64,000 bases of DNA from Mytilus edulis (lineage: Eukaryota), in the NCBI RefSeq assembly GCF_963676685.1, contig NC_092357.1, positions 17,050,001-17,114,000 of the forward strand. The letters run 5' to 3'. The translations under genes and the position numbers were made by a program. A model generated the notes under the pieces. That model did not search any database. It was given only the letters and a program-made list of their open reading frames with translations, and was not told where the DNA came from. Position 1 is the stretch's first letter; every line of letters starts with the position of its first letter. Below, piece after piece: positions 49,597-61,550 of this stretch.

Positions 49597-50254
49597 TCTT
49601 TTCTCAAATATTGACAGGAGCGGTGAATTACCCAGACAACTTGAAGCTTCCATCGAACAACCCTATTATTCCTCGGTGAGAAACTTTTGTCTTGCCTCAA
49701 TAAACTCGAGTTAACGAGTATGAAATAACTAAATGTCAGATAAACAAAATAAATATGGCAACGGCCAGGTTAGAATCCCATCAGGAGTCGAAGAAGCAAG
49801 ATTAAACAAGTCAATCTAGTGGAAAGGATATATATTGTAAACGGACTTGTCAGGGTTCTCTATATTTTACAAAAAGATCCAGCTTTTTTGTACAAAAATG
49901 TTAAACAAAAAAAAATGAAAATGGTTTTCTAACGTAAGTGTTTCATGTGTTTTGACAATCTTTTACAATTTCTTACATTTTATTGTTTAATTTATTATAA
50001 TAAAACACTTATGGTCCATTTAGTCAAAATTGTCAACACATGTAAGATAAGGGTTATTCCACGTGGAATAAGCTGTATTTTGGTTGACAATTTTGGATAT
50101 TCACCTCCCAAGCTGGCCATATTTGTATATTATTATATTTTATATGATATATGTACTCTCTGAATCCATCTGAACAAAAACTATATATTACATGTAATCT
50201 CTAATTCTATTTGTATAGACATTGCTTAGCAATATACAAGTTTACTTTCCGCTA

Positions 50255-51005
50255 TATATATGATGTTCTCTCACTCAATAGTTCAAAATGTGATGACTAT
50301 TTGAACGCATCTATAACATCGGACTAGAGATAAAGGATACAACAGATAGAGTTAAGTTTGTCCATATCTTGAATTGACTTACATTTAGAAATTGAAAATA
50401 TGGGTCGGTTGAAAGCAAAAACATTACGACAAAACATATGATTTCAGCTTCCCAATTATGAACTTTCTATTTCTATGAAGTAACATTTCAGCAGCGCCTG
50501 CATATGGAGTAAATATCTCCCAATTGATACGATATTCTCGGACTTGAAATTCCTTGAAAGAGGGTTGCTTCTTAAAGGAAAGCTTTTAAAGTAAGAGTTC
50601 GAAATGGTGAGGTTGGAATCATCCCTTCGTAACTTTTACAGACGCTATCACTAGTTGGTTGGCCGTTATGAATTACTGTTTCATAGATGATAACGGATAT
50701 TGTTCTTTTTTTCGTAACTACAATAACCTTCCCTGTTCACGAATGGGATCAATCTAATTAAACTAGTTACCGGGTGTGTAATAACATGAGCACCACGACA
50801 GGTGCCACATGTGGGACAGAATCTGCTTCACTTTCCGGATCACCAGAGAGCACCCCAATTGCCGGTAGGGTTCGTGTTGCTTAGTCTTTAGTTTGCTATG
50901 CTGTGTCTTTTGTACTATCATTTGTTTGTTTGTCTTTTCATTTTTTATCCATGGCGTTGTCAGTTTATTTTTTATCTGTGCGTTTGACTGTCCTTCTGGT
51001 ATCAC
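50255..51005 (+). mobile_element. Penelope-like RT remnant plus 3' tail, same family as 12180-13195
   Basis: Clear nucleotide similarity (gatgttctctcactcaataa.., agagggttg.., ggtgccacatgtgg.., catggcgttgtcagtt). Confidence 0.85.
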
Positions 51006-51529
51006 CAAACACTTTTTCCATATTATTTATATCTTCACGTGGAATTGCTTTCACTAATTTTTCTAAATTTGTACATCTAAATTTCATATTATCTACACAT
51101 TTCAAATGTTGGTACAGTGGTTTCTCCTAACCATTCTCTTTTCATGTGTAAACACTCACTTGAATTCTTCTGACGGATGCAATGTTTTTGTATCTTTATT
51201 TATAATACATGTAAATAGTTATCAAAGGTACCAGGATTATAAATTAGTACGACACACGCGCGTTTTGTTTACATTAGACTTATTAGTAACGCTCATATCA
51301 AAATATTTATAAAGCCAAACAGGCACGAAGTTAATGAGCATTGCGGATCCACAATACCAAAAAGTTGTGCCAAATACGGCTAAGATAATATATTACTGGG
51401 ATAAGAAAATCCTTAGCATGCTTATTTTTTCGAAAAAAATCAAAATTTTGTAAACAGGAAATTTATAAAAATGACCACATAATTGATATTCATGTCAACG
51501 CCGGAGCGCTGACTACTGGGCTGGTATTG

Positions 51530-52620
51530 GTCCTTCTGTTAATCTCAAATTGTCAATGAACAGATGACTGTCATATCCAGTTAGATTATGTAAATAAAAG
51601 GGAAACACTGAATTATACATTTTGTATTTACCAGTGTAGTGACAGTGATATCTAACAATGTCATCCTCTAATGCCTCATTCCCAATCCAACACATTGTTG
51701 CAGTTTTGTAATCACTATTATCCTCCGTCGTCATCACAATCAGGTGATTGAAGTCGTTGTAGTAGTAAATGGCTTTGATTTCTTTCAACGAAAATCTGCG
51801 CAAATCTGCTTCTTTTTTTCATGGTGTAAAGTACTGGCAAAGACACTGTCATTCAAACCTTTGATGTAATAACCAAATCCCGATAGTATATACTTTTGTT
51901 TACACTTTATTGTGTGGTTTGTCTGCCATAGTTTCCTCTGATTTGGATTCTACTTTTCAGTATAGCACTTAAATGCCTAAACCACAAAAGAAACTTAAAT
52001 ATGGTGGTTCTCAAAGCTTCGATAGGCTCCTTTATCAGGCATCTCATCTTAACTGCTTTGTGGTTTACACAATACTCTTTATGTTTCTTCAATGCCTCTT
52101 TTGCTATGACGATGGTTTAAGCACCTCGTGTTACCTTCAGAAAGATCTTGATTTCAATTTCAGCATCCGATGTCATTTCCTAGTTAATACACCTAAAGGG
52201 TTTATGTAACCGAATAATGGACTGTTGATCTTTCTTTATTTTCGTACCTATATATGTTAACAGTTGAATTTTACTAATACCTTTCGACCCATATTGTTTC
52301 GCCTCGATCATGATTTTATTTTCGTCGCTGGTTTAGGAATATGATTAAATGTATGTTCAGTCTTCTTTTCAACCAACTCGTCTTCATTCTACAGTACATT
52401 TTTCAGGCCAGCATTTCTAGCCTTACTTCTCAACTGTTGTACCGTCATTTTACTCAACACCTCTTACTTCTATTTTTTTTAAAAACATATAAAGTTCTGT
52501 GTGACAAAACTGTCACTAGGATTAAGGTGTTGGGCTTAAACTGGTTGGAACCGGATTCTTACTCATTCTATAAATATATTATGGCCTACTGGTAAAATAT
52601 TTTTGGAGGAAATGATTGAA
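51530..52620 (-). mobile_element. Polinton/Maverick-type protein-primed DNA polymerase B remnant
   Basis: Broken frames give KHKEYC..H, VSFVV*AFKCYTEK, QKYILSGFGYYIK, CWI..EALEDDIVRYHCHYTGKY and HNLTGYDSHLFI. Confidence 0.75.
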
Positions 52621-53813
52621 TGTGAAAGTGTGGTAGAACCGTCTCTTCTACTTACCAACGAAACAAATTGAAAACCACTGTCATATTTCAAAATTGGTAA
52701 TATCATTTTCCGATGAACATTTTGGGTTAAACATGCTAGATAAACCTACAATTTATTGTGACAGGTGTTTACAGTTGAACGCGTTGGTAGGGAAATTATT
52801 GTTTTTGTTTATAGAATTATACGGAAATTATCGCAAATAATTGAATTCAATGAGGAAGTTATTGTTTTAAATAAGGTCGTTCAGGTTATACAAAAATGAT
52901 TCATAAATGCTACATATATTTGTATGTGAAAAGCATAAAATGATACAGACTGAAGCATTGTATTTTCCCCCCTCATTTGACAATTTGATTTCAATTGCTC
53001 TCATGTATTTTTTAGGACAGAGAAATTCAACAAGGAAATAACAAATGGCTACATCATTGAAAAGAGTAGAACAAGATGCATCGCATTACTTATGCCATGG
53101 CTGTTTACAATGGTCACGTTGTCCATAAATATTGATCAAAGGTCAACTATTAAATCTAAGACTTAATAGAAAACCGCCCTATTATACATGCGTTACGTAT
53201 ACCAACTTTTTCTTCGAATGCATAGAACACAAGTATAATCTATCGAAGTTCCTTTATTAATACCAACTATGGTTGTTGCTATAATTCATGACTGGTAAAT
53301 TCATTCGAAAGGTACATGCAATTCAGAAAAAATAAGCATATTTTCACGTGTTTGATACATTCAGCAACCCCATCACAATAGCTATGATGTCGTGGATTGT
53401 GCTAAAAAAAAATTAAGATAAATCGTTTATCCAGGGCAAAGATGTTTTGAGAAAACAAATATTTTTAAGATGTACTATTGTTGTAGTTGTCCTTGCTTTT
53501 TATCCTTAAAATCGATCTTAATTTTCGAAATGTATTAATGTAGGTTATAATTGTAGTTAAAATGAATAGCATAAATAATCCAAGAATAACAATTACAATT
53601 ATGGAAATATCATACAAGTAATATAATAATTCATTGGTTTTGTATATCAAAGCAATGTCTATAGATATTAGATGAGATATCACATGTTATACAAGTACTT
53701 AGTATTTATTTCAGATTGATACAGGTAGTATACATATCATGTGCACATTAGTTTCGCTCGATGTTTACTGTTAGCAAAAACAGTTTTAGAGTTAAATATT
53801 CTTTTTAGAACAT

Positions 53814-55950
53814 CTACATTGAAACTAAAGTTTCCTTCATTTTGCCCAAAACACAACATTGCCTTGTTCATCATTTGGATACTCGATATACAATTGCCTT
53901 TGAACTAACTCTAGAATGACTAACGGTAGATCTTTCGGACGCAGTTGTTCATAGAAGACAAGAAAGATAATGTTTTTATCGTCTCTAGAGTATATACTTT
54001 CCATTATTGCCATATTCAATTCAAATATGCAATAATAAGAATCAAGAAACGATTGCGTTACTATGCAGATAGTCCTCCTGCTTTGGTGGATTCCATTAGT
54101 AATATTCTGTGTAATTTCTTCTCCTGGAGCAAAGTCTCGCTGATGTACACAGAGTTTCAAGTTTTCGACTCGTTCCAAGTGTGGTATAACTTCATTCACA
54201 ACAAAGTCGGTTTCCTCATTTGCATATGATATGAACGCATCGTATTTGTACGTTTTGCTGGATTGGATACTTCTGAAAACAGTGTATTTGTGTCTAGTCA
54301 TATAATACAGGTAACTTAGTCTCCATCGAAATCTGAACATCAACCCAGCAAAAAGAATAATACAAGCTGTAATTATCCCCATAGCAATACAAATAATTAA
54401 CGTGGTGTAAGAGGCGCACTCCTTCACAAGTTGTATTACAATTGTATTTACATTTGTCAATTGAACTAAATTATTATTATCAAGCTGGCATGTGCATTTA
54501 TCCTTGTGTATGAGCACATTTAAATTTGCGTCAATCCATTGTAAGAATTTCAGGTTTTGACAGTTACATTTCATTATATTATTTGATAGATCTATTTTCA
54601 ACTTGGATGTTTTGGAGAGTTTATGCAATGTAGCCATAGATGTGTGTGAAGATATTCCACTGATGTTGTTATATGATAAATCCAATCTTTTTAAACTAAC
54701 GAGATGAGAAAGATCGAAAGTAATATCAGTTAACTTGTTATGACTCAGATTTATTTTTACTGCATGATCATGTCCTTGAAATATGTCAAATGATAAATCC
54801 TGAATAAAGTTGAGAGATAAACCAATTTCTATAAGTTCGATCATTGTGGAGTTAGTATATCTTTCTGACGAAAGGTATGCACCCAACGAGTTATTCCGTA
54901 AGTTTAAAATCGACAAGTATGGCATTCCGAAATAGAATTTAGATAATTTGTTATTTGCAAAATCGCATACTCTTAAAGTAGGAGGCATCATGAAATACAT
55001 ATCGTCAACAACAGCTTCTACATGACTGTTATTATTTACATAAATTTCCTCTATTTTTGTTGAATATAAATCGAAAGCAAAATACCGTGCAATAAATATA
55101 TAGGCAGATGGAAAGGATTTTGTCATTTTCAAGATTCGTAATTCTTTATTGAAATACAGATCAGACATTAAGTTTCTCAAACAATCGTCAGTTAAATCAT
55201 TATTAGTTATGTCGAGGTATTTCAGTTTTTTTCCATTTCGTAATGTCCAACTATCATATGTTTGCGTCTCACAGCTATGCATGTCGAGATACTGAAGATA
55301 GGGGAGATTAAAAAACGTTTCGTTGGTTACGGAAGGCAAGATACAAAGCCCGAATGTTAAACTTTGAAGACGCGTGAATGATCTCATTAGGTTTGGAAAT
55401 TTAAACAGTGGAGATTTCTTTGTTGCATCTACTGTTATACTTTCTAATCGAACTAGAGGTGATAGTAAAGCGCTTGGAAAAGTGGGAAATTGTTTATGTT
55501 GCACTAACAAATTGTATGCTACATCCAAATTCCTCAACGAAACCAATGGTTTGAAAATGTTGTTTGGTATAGCGAAACTGTAGTTCAAATAATTCCCTTT
55601 TACCGATAGATTCTGAAGTCTTGATAAACCATCAAAAGTTCCTACTTCTAGATAATCAAGTATATTCCAAGATAAAATTAGCACAGATAGATTATTATAT
55701 CATTAAATGTTGTTCGTGGAATTCTTTTTATCAAATTAAACATAAGATAAATTTGTTGTACACTTCTTTGGAAGTGAGGGATGTTGTTACCAGTAATGTT
55801 TTTACGAATACAAAACACACTTAAATCTGAATTGAGACATTCACATCGCAGATCAAATTCACATGTATACCATGTAGATACCGCTGTATATACCATCAAT
55901 ATGCAGAATAGGAAATAGACTGAGCCAGTGTGCAACTTTGGTATCTTCAT
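53814..55950 (-). pseudogene. Toll-like receptor paralog B, frameshifted in this assembly
   Basis: ORFs 55678-55950 and 53837-55684 together align end to end with copy A. There are 1-bp deletions at about 55694 (ATA ATA [A]AT CTA) and about 53841 (GCA AAA [A]TG AAG). Confidence 0.85.
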
Positions 55951-56841
55951 ACTTAGATATTAAAAATGCAATGGTTCTGAAAAATAAAGCACACTCTTGT
56001 AATTAGAAGCTATAATTAAAAACTGCGATGATGTTTCTTTTCAACAGGAATCAGATCAATGTTATCGCGGTTCGATTCTACATCAGCAATAAATACAAAA
56101 TAAACAACAGTGCTTCCAGGTATATGTTAGTTTTATTAATAAATTACTGAAACTATATATTTTAGGCATCTTAGTGCGAACATATTACAAGCTTAGTCAT
56201 AGTCGACTGCTTTACCGAAGACAGTTAACAATAAACACATTGAATTATGGACAGGTCGACAATTGATGGTTATTTTTTGTGGCTGTCAATAACAATTATA
56301 ATCGTTCACAACTTATTGTTCGTATTCCTATCATATTGTCGACTATTCAAATTATCGACCCGTCAATGTTTTGATTTGTCGATCAGTTGACATATACAAA
56401 ACTATTTTAATAACTTACTATTACTCATTTGTCATATTGTCGAATTGTTAGCTGGTCAACAAGTTGCGGAGGTTAGTATGACATACCACTAATCTAGTAT
56501 AAAAAAAATTATGGGGCCAGATGATGGACTCCGTTGGGTGCTGGAGTTTCTCGTTGCATTGAAGACCCATTGTTGTCTGCTCTTTGGTCGAGTTGTTGTC
56601 TCTTTGACACATTCCCCCATTTCCGTTGCATTTTTATTCACCTGCACACCTAACGTTTCGATTAGTTTAAGATATTCTAAAAACGTGTTTGTTTCTCATT
56701 CATTCCTGTCGCGGTGCCGATCTCTTGACATTTACATATAAAAAAAAATAGTCAATGTACTCCTCGATTCTTATTCTTTAAATTCAAACAGTTAATACAA
56801 ATAATAAAACATTGCAAAATATCTAATAAATATATGTTTAC

Positions 56842-56944
56842 CTTTGATTGAACAGCTTTTCAATTTTATTTTTTATTCATATCGTTTGGATGAGTCTGTA
56901 TGCAGCGATAGAACTATTCCGATTTATATCAACTTTAAAAAGCC
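56842..56944 (-). promoter_or_regulatory. Core promoter / non-coding first exon of TLR copy B
   Basis: aagttgatataaatcggaatagttctatcgct resembles aagttaatataattcagaatagttcaatcgct of copy A; donor gtaaac; acceptor at 55977-55978. Confidence 0.6.
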
Positions 56945-58804
56945 TATGATATTTCCTCTGTACAACGCATTGGATGATCAATTTCCCGTTATTTAGTGTA
57001 TACAACAATAACCTTTACATTGCTAATCTTGTCACGTTTCATTTTTGCACTACATGTTATCACCATTTTAACCTTGAAATATGAAACCCATTTTAAAGTT
57101 TTTTTTGTTTTAATAACATAATAACCTGTTCATTTCAGGTACTCAATGTATGTAAACTTATGACCTACAGAAACTTATCTTAAAACTTATTGTTCAAATA
57201 ATGACATATAAGACCTTATAGAAAAAGAGATTGCAAAGCACTCCGCATTAAAGAAATTTGTATTAGCAGGAGATTGTTTTGCGAGATATGTAGCTGGTGA
57301 ACTTTGATTTATAAATAATGATGCTCAAGATAATCGTCTGCTTGTATCATGTTTATATGATAATAACAACCTTTATTATGATATATTAGTTCAAAATTCT
57401 TATATGATTTGCATATTAGGGAATACGCTGATATGATTGGCCGGGAGGATTTCCGGTAGTTGCTCTTGACGTTGTTTATTTTTCGAAAGATGACGTTGAC
57501 CGAACTTCTTTTCGTAACCAATGTAAACAATATGGCGGCGATAATAACACAATCCAGCTCCAGCTCAACGTTTAGAAAATTATTTTCACTTCGCGTTAAT
57601 CATTAAATTAAATAATAAACACAAAACATTCTTTTCAATGATAGCAAAAGTTTTGCAGTTTATTTATTAACAGATAGGAAATTTCATGAAGTACATATTC
57701 TTGCGTTTACCAACAGATATATTCATGCGCCAGGCCAATTCATAGACACAAATACACAATCAGTCTCCATTTTAAAAGAATTATAAGTACTAAACGACTT
57801 TTATTTGTTTGTGAGTAAATTGGTCGAGTTTATACACCAATAAATTCCTATAAAAAGGCGTTTAATCCTATAGTAACATATCTACCAGCAGATAATTATT
57901 AAACGATATGTGTGTGTTCACGGGTTTCTGAATCTGTAATGACAGAGAAGACTTCATTCGACCATTTATTGTCATAATCCTCAATGGAGCAGTGAAGTAG
58001 ATTAATTTATAGTATCAGAGGAACTAAGAACAATTTATTTTGAAAGATTATCATTCCTTATATAAATTTTATTTTTGAAAAACCAAGTGTTGCTTTTTCA
58101 TTGGACCTCAGTATATATATATATATAGTCGTCTTTAATCCATGTTCAATATCAAAAAATAATAAATTACTGGACTTAATTTTCACTTATACATGTCCAT
58201 ATTTTATTGGGTTCTTATGAAAACTAAATTTCCAAACATTTATTATATATACTTTCCATCTAGATTTTTTCAACCAGAAAAAGGTAACATGCATATTAAT
58301 GTTTATCTTGATAAAAAGATAATACAATTGATTTACATAAAAGTGTGTCATTCCTATTCATAATAATAAATAATATTCATGTACATGTATGTGTATGTCA
58401 ATGAGAAAGCAACCCAACGACAAAGTTAACCAAACGACATCCAGGAGTATCATTTAGTCTTCAACAATATAAAGAAGTACAGCAAATTGTATTGATAGCA
58501 CACCACTGTTCTAGGTTTTCGATGGTTTATGTCTGGCTTTTTTTTTCTAATTTGTTTTTTTTTTAAATAAGACCGTTGAATTTTATAATTTGAATTGTTT
58601 ACGTTATTCATGTCGTGGCCTTTTATAGACTTTGCAGTATGGATTTTTATTATTGTTGAAAGTCGTACGGTTGCCTAAAATTGTTCACATCTATAGCTGT
58701 CCCATTGGAAATCATACCACATCTTCCTTTTTTTATGTAATCTCTAAAATTAAAAAAAAAAACGATATCACAACCTGTTTACATACTTAGTCTAGTATCT
58801 AATA

Positions 58805-59385
58805 AAGGAGTAGGTTCAGTAAAACCCCTTTTTGGCCCCAAAGTAAAGCAGTTTTACAAAATTGTGAAAATGTAATCTTTAAGCTGTTTATTGGAAAGTA
58901 GAATGCTTCTGCTACATAACTATGGGCTGTTTTTGACAATGCCATGCACATATATCGGACACTAGCATCATCAAGTCATGCTAAACTACTGAAATCGTCA
59001 CAATTTTAGCATTTTAGTTAAATTTTAGACGGTTTCCGTCTTGAGTGAAAGTGGCCTCATTCGTGTTTATTCATAATATTGAAATGTAAGTTGTATTTGA
59101 TGATCATACATAATATATATAAAGCTTTAGGATGAACACGTATGCGGCCACTTTCATTTTTGACAAAATAAATCTGAAAAGTGACGTTTTTTTAGCATAT
59201 TTGATAGATTTTCATATTAAAGCTCGAATCGAAGCATTTTTAATGACTAAATCAGTTAAAATCTTTCAAATAAACTAATCGAATCAATTGAATTAGACAC
59301 TTAAGTGTTAAAAAAATGTGTCTAAAATCTTTCATTAGATGAACTTGAAATTTGAGGCCAAAATCAGCCCTTACCGGACCTTCAA
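58805..59385. mobile_element. Non-autonomous DNA transposon (Kolobok-like MITE)
   Basis: Imperfect ~31-bp TIRs at 58812-58842 and 59351-59381; taa|aggag left terminus. Confidence 0.5.
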
Positions 59386-59569
59386 CTTAAAAAAAAACCT
59401 AAAAAAGGTCTTATTTGTCACACATAATATGTTTAAAGGTCTTAAGGTTTCAGCTGGTATCGGTTTAGTTCGATTTTCTATTCTGTGTCCAAAACGAACG
59501 TTGATTAGAGAAGCTAAAACTTGGACGTCGATTAGAGAAGCCAAAAAATGGACGTCGATTAGATAGGCA

Positions 59570-61550
59570 TAAAATTGGCCATCTATTTGGAATGTTATTT
59601 TATCATGCTAAAGGAAGGTTGAGATTGGTTTTGGGGGTTTGGGTCTCAAAAGTTAAGGAATTAGGGACCAAAAAGGGGCTTAAATAAACATTTTTCTTGG
59701 TTTTCACACAATAACTTTAATATAAGTAAATGAAATTTTTGAAATTTAAACAAAAGGTTCATGACCACTAAAGGAATGGTTTTGTTGGTTTTGGTCTCAA
59801 CAGTTTGGGAATTAGGGGCCAAATGGGGCACAAATAAGCATTTTTAGAAAAATCTTCTCCTCTGAAACTACTGGGCCAAATTAAACCACTTGCCCACAAT
59901 CCTCATTGGGGTATCTAGTTTAAAAATGTGTCCAGTGACTCGGCAAACCAACCAATATGGCCGCCATGGATAACCGGTTGTTAGGTTACTGCCTTTAAAT
60001 TGGTAATTTTAAGGAAATTTTGCCGTATATTTTGAATATTATTATAGATAAAGATAAACTGTAAACAGCAATAATGTACAGCAAAGTAAGAACTACAAAT
60101 AAGTCAACTTGACCAAAGTGGTCAAGTGACCCCTTAAGGAGTTATTGTCCTTTAAAGTCAATATTTAACAATTTTCATAAATTTTGTAAATTTTTGTAAT
60201 TTTTTACTTAATAATTTCCCGTGTCACTTCTGGGCCAATTTCATTATAGATAGAGATAATTGTAAGCAGCAAGATTGTTCAATAAAGTACATGTAAATCT
60301 ACAAACACATTACCAACACCAAAACACAATTTTGTCATGAATCCATCTGTGTCCTTTGTTTTATATGCACATAGATCAAGGTGAGCGACTCAGGCTCTTT
60401 AGAGCCTCTAGTTTGGTCCTGTTTATAAATTGGTCTACATTAAGGTCCATAAGCTCCAAAATAAACTTTGTTTGCTTTCAACAAAAATTGAATGTATGGG
60501 GTTCATTGATATGCTGAATGCAACCATGTATTAAGGTTTTGATGTTTGGGCCCCTTTATCAAATTGGTCCACATTGAGTTCTAAAGGGTCCAAAATTTAA
60601 CTTTATTTGATTTCATCAAAATTTGAATTCGTGGGGTTATTTGATATGCTGAATCTACCATGTATTTAGATTTTGAATAGGTAAATGTCCAATTTAATTT
60701 TAGACCACATTCATTCTGTGTCAGAAACCTATTTTGTGTCAACTATTTATTCACATTCCAAATTCAGAGCTGTATCAAGCTTGAATGTTGTGTCAATGCT
60801 TGCCCAATTGTTCAGGCTTCGCCCTCTGCGGTATAATTTGAATATTATTATAGATAGAGATAAACTGTAAAACAACAATAATGTTCAGCAAAGTGAGATT
60901 TTACCAATAAGTCAGCATAACCAAAGTGGTCCGTTGAACCCTAAGGAAGTTATTGCCCTTTATAGGTGTCAGACCACCAATTACTCCCTCCAATTTAGAA
61001 CGTATGTAAAAGTAGTCCTACTTTGACACAAAATAGTGCTTTTGATGTCATTGTTTACTTAAACTAACCAACAAATTTGCAGAAATGAAACTTTTGGTGA
61101 AAGGGAAATATATTTAGACCATTTTGAGCCAAAATTCACTTGTCTATGAGTTTGCATTAAAAATTCAGGATTAATGCGCTACATAGTACACTAATTTAAG
61201 ATTTCCAGAAAACCGGGAGTTATTTTGGTAGTACCTGTCTTTTCAAAATCAGAAATTTGTTACAAGACTTTAAACATTGGTTGAAAATTGGCATGTAGGA
61301 AGGTGATACATGCACAATTCAGGATATACCTGGTTTCCTTGAAGTTAAACTTAAGGTAAAATATTTAGAAAGCTGTGAAAATTGCAAAATTTGGTTGAAC
61401 AGATAGGGATTTTTAATTGGTGGTCTGACACCTATAGTCATATTTTGAAAATTTTTCGTAAATTTTTGTAATCTTTAACAAAAATCTCCTTCTCTGAAAC
61501 TACTAAGACAAATTTAACCAAACTTATCAATAATCATCATGATTATGGTA
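59570..61550 (+). mobile_element. Mosaic of Helentron/HINE-type elements with internal ~150-200-bp tandem cores
   Basis: Recurrent aaaatcttctcctctgaaactactgggccaaa and gataaactgtaaacagcaataatg units; 3' end aggtgagc plus palindrome aggctctttagagcct plus ctagtt at 60379-60413. Confidence 0.7.
60965..61432. mobile_element. MITE with perfect 19-bp TIRs and TATA target duplication
   Basis: tata|ggtgtcagaccaccaatta ... taattggtggtctgacacc|tata; interrupts the host motif ttattgccctttatagtca. Confidence 0.85.

Noticed and set aside
53465-53683. 72-aa ORF with a TM-like stretch downstream of TLR copy B
   Set aside because: Extremely AT-rich sequence naturally yields I/L/Y-rich peptides; it lies in the presumptive 3' UTR.
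59495-59565. 27-bp tandem repeat (also 23-bp tandem at about 63087-63150)
   Set aside because: Short local duplications of about 2.5 units with no further structure.
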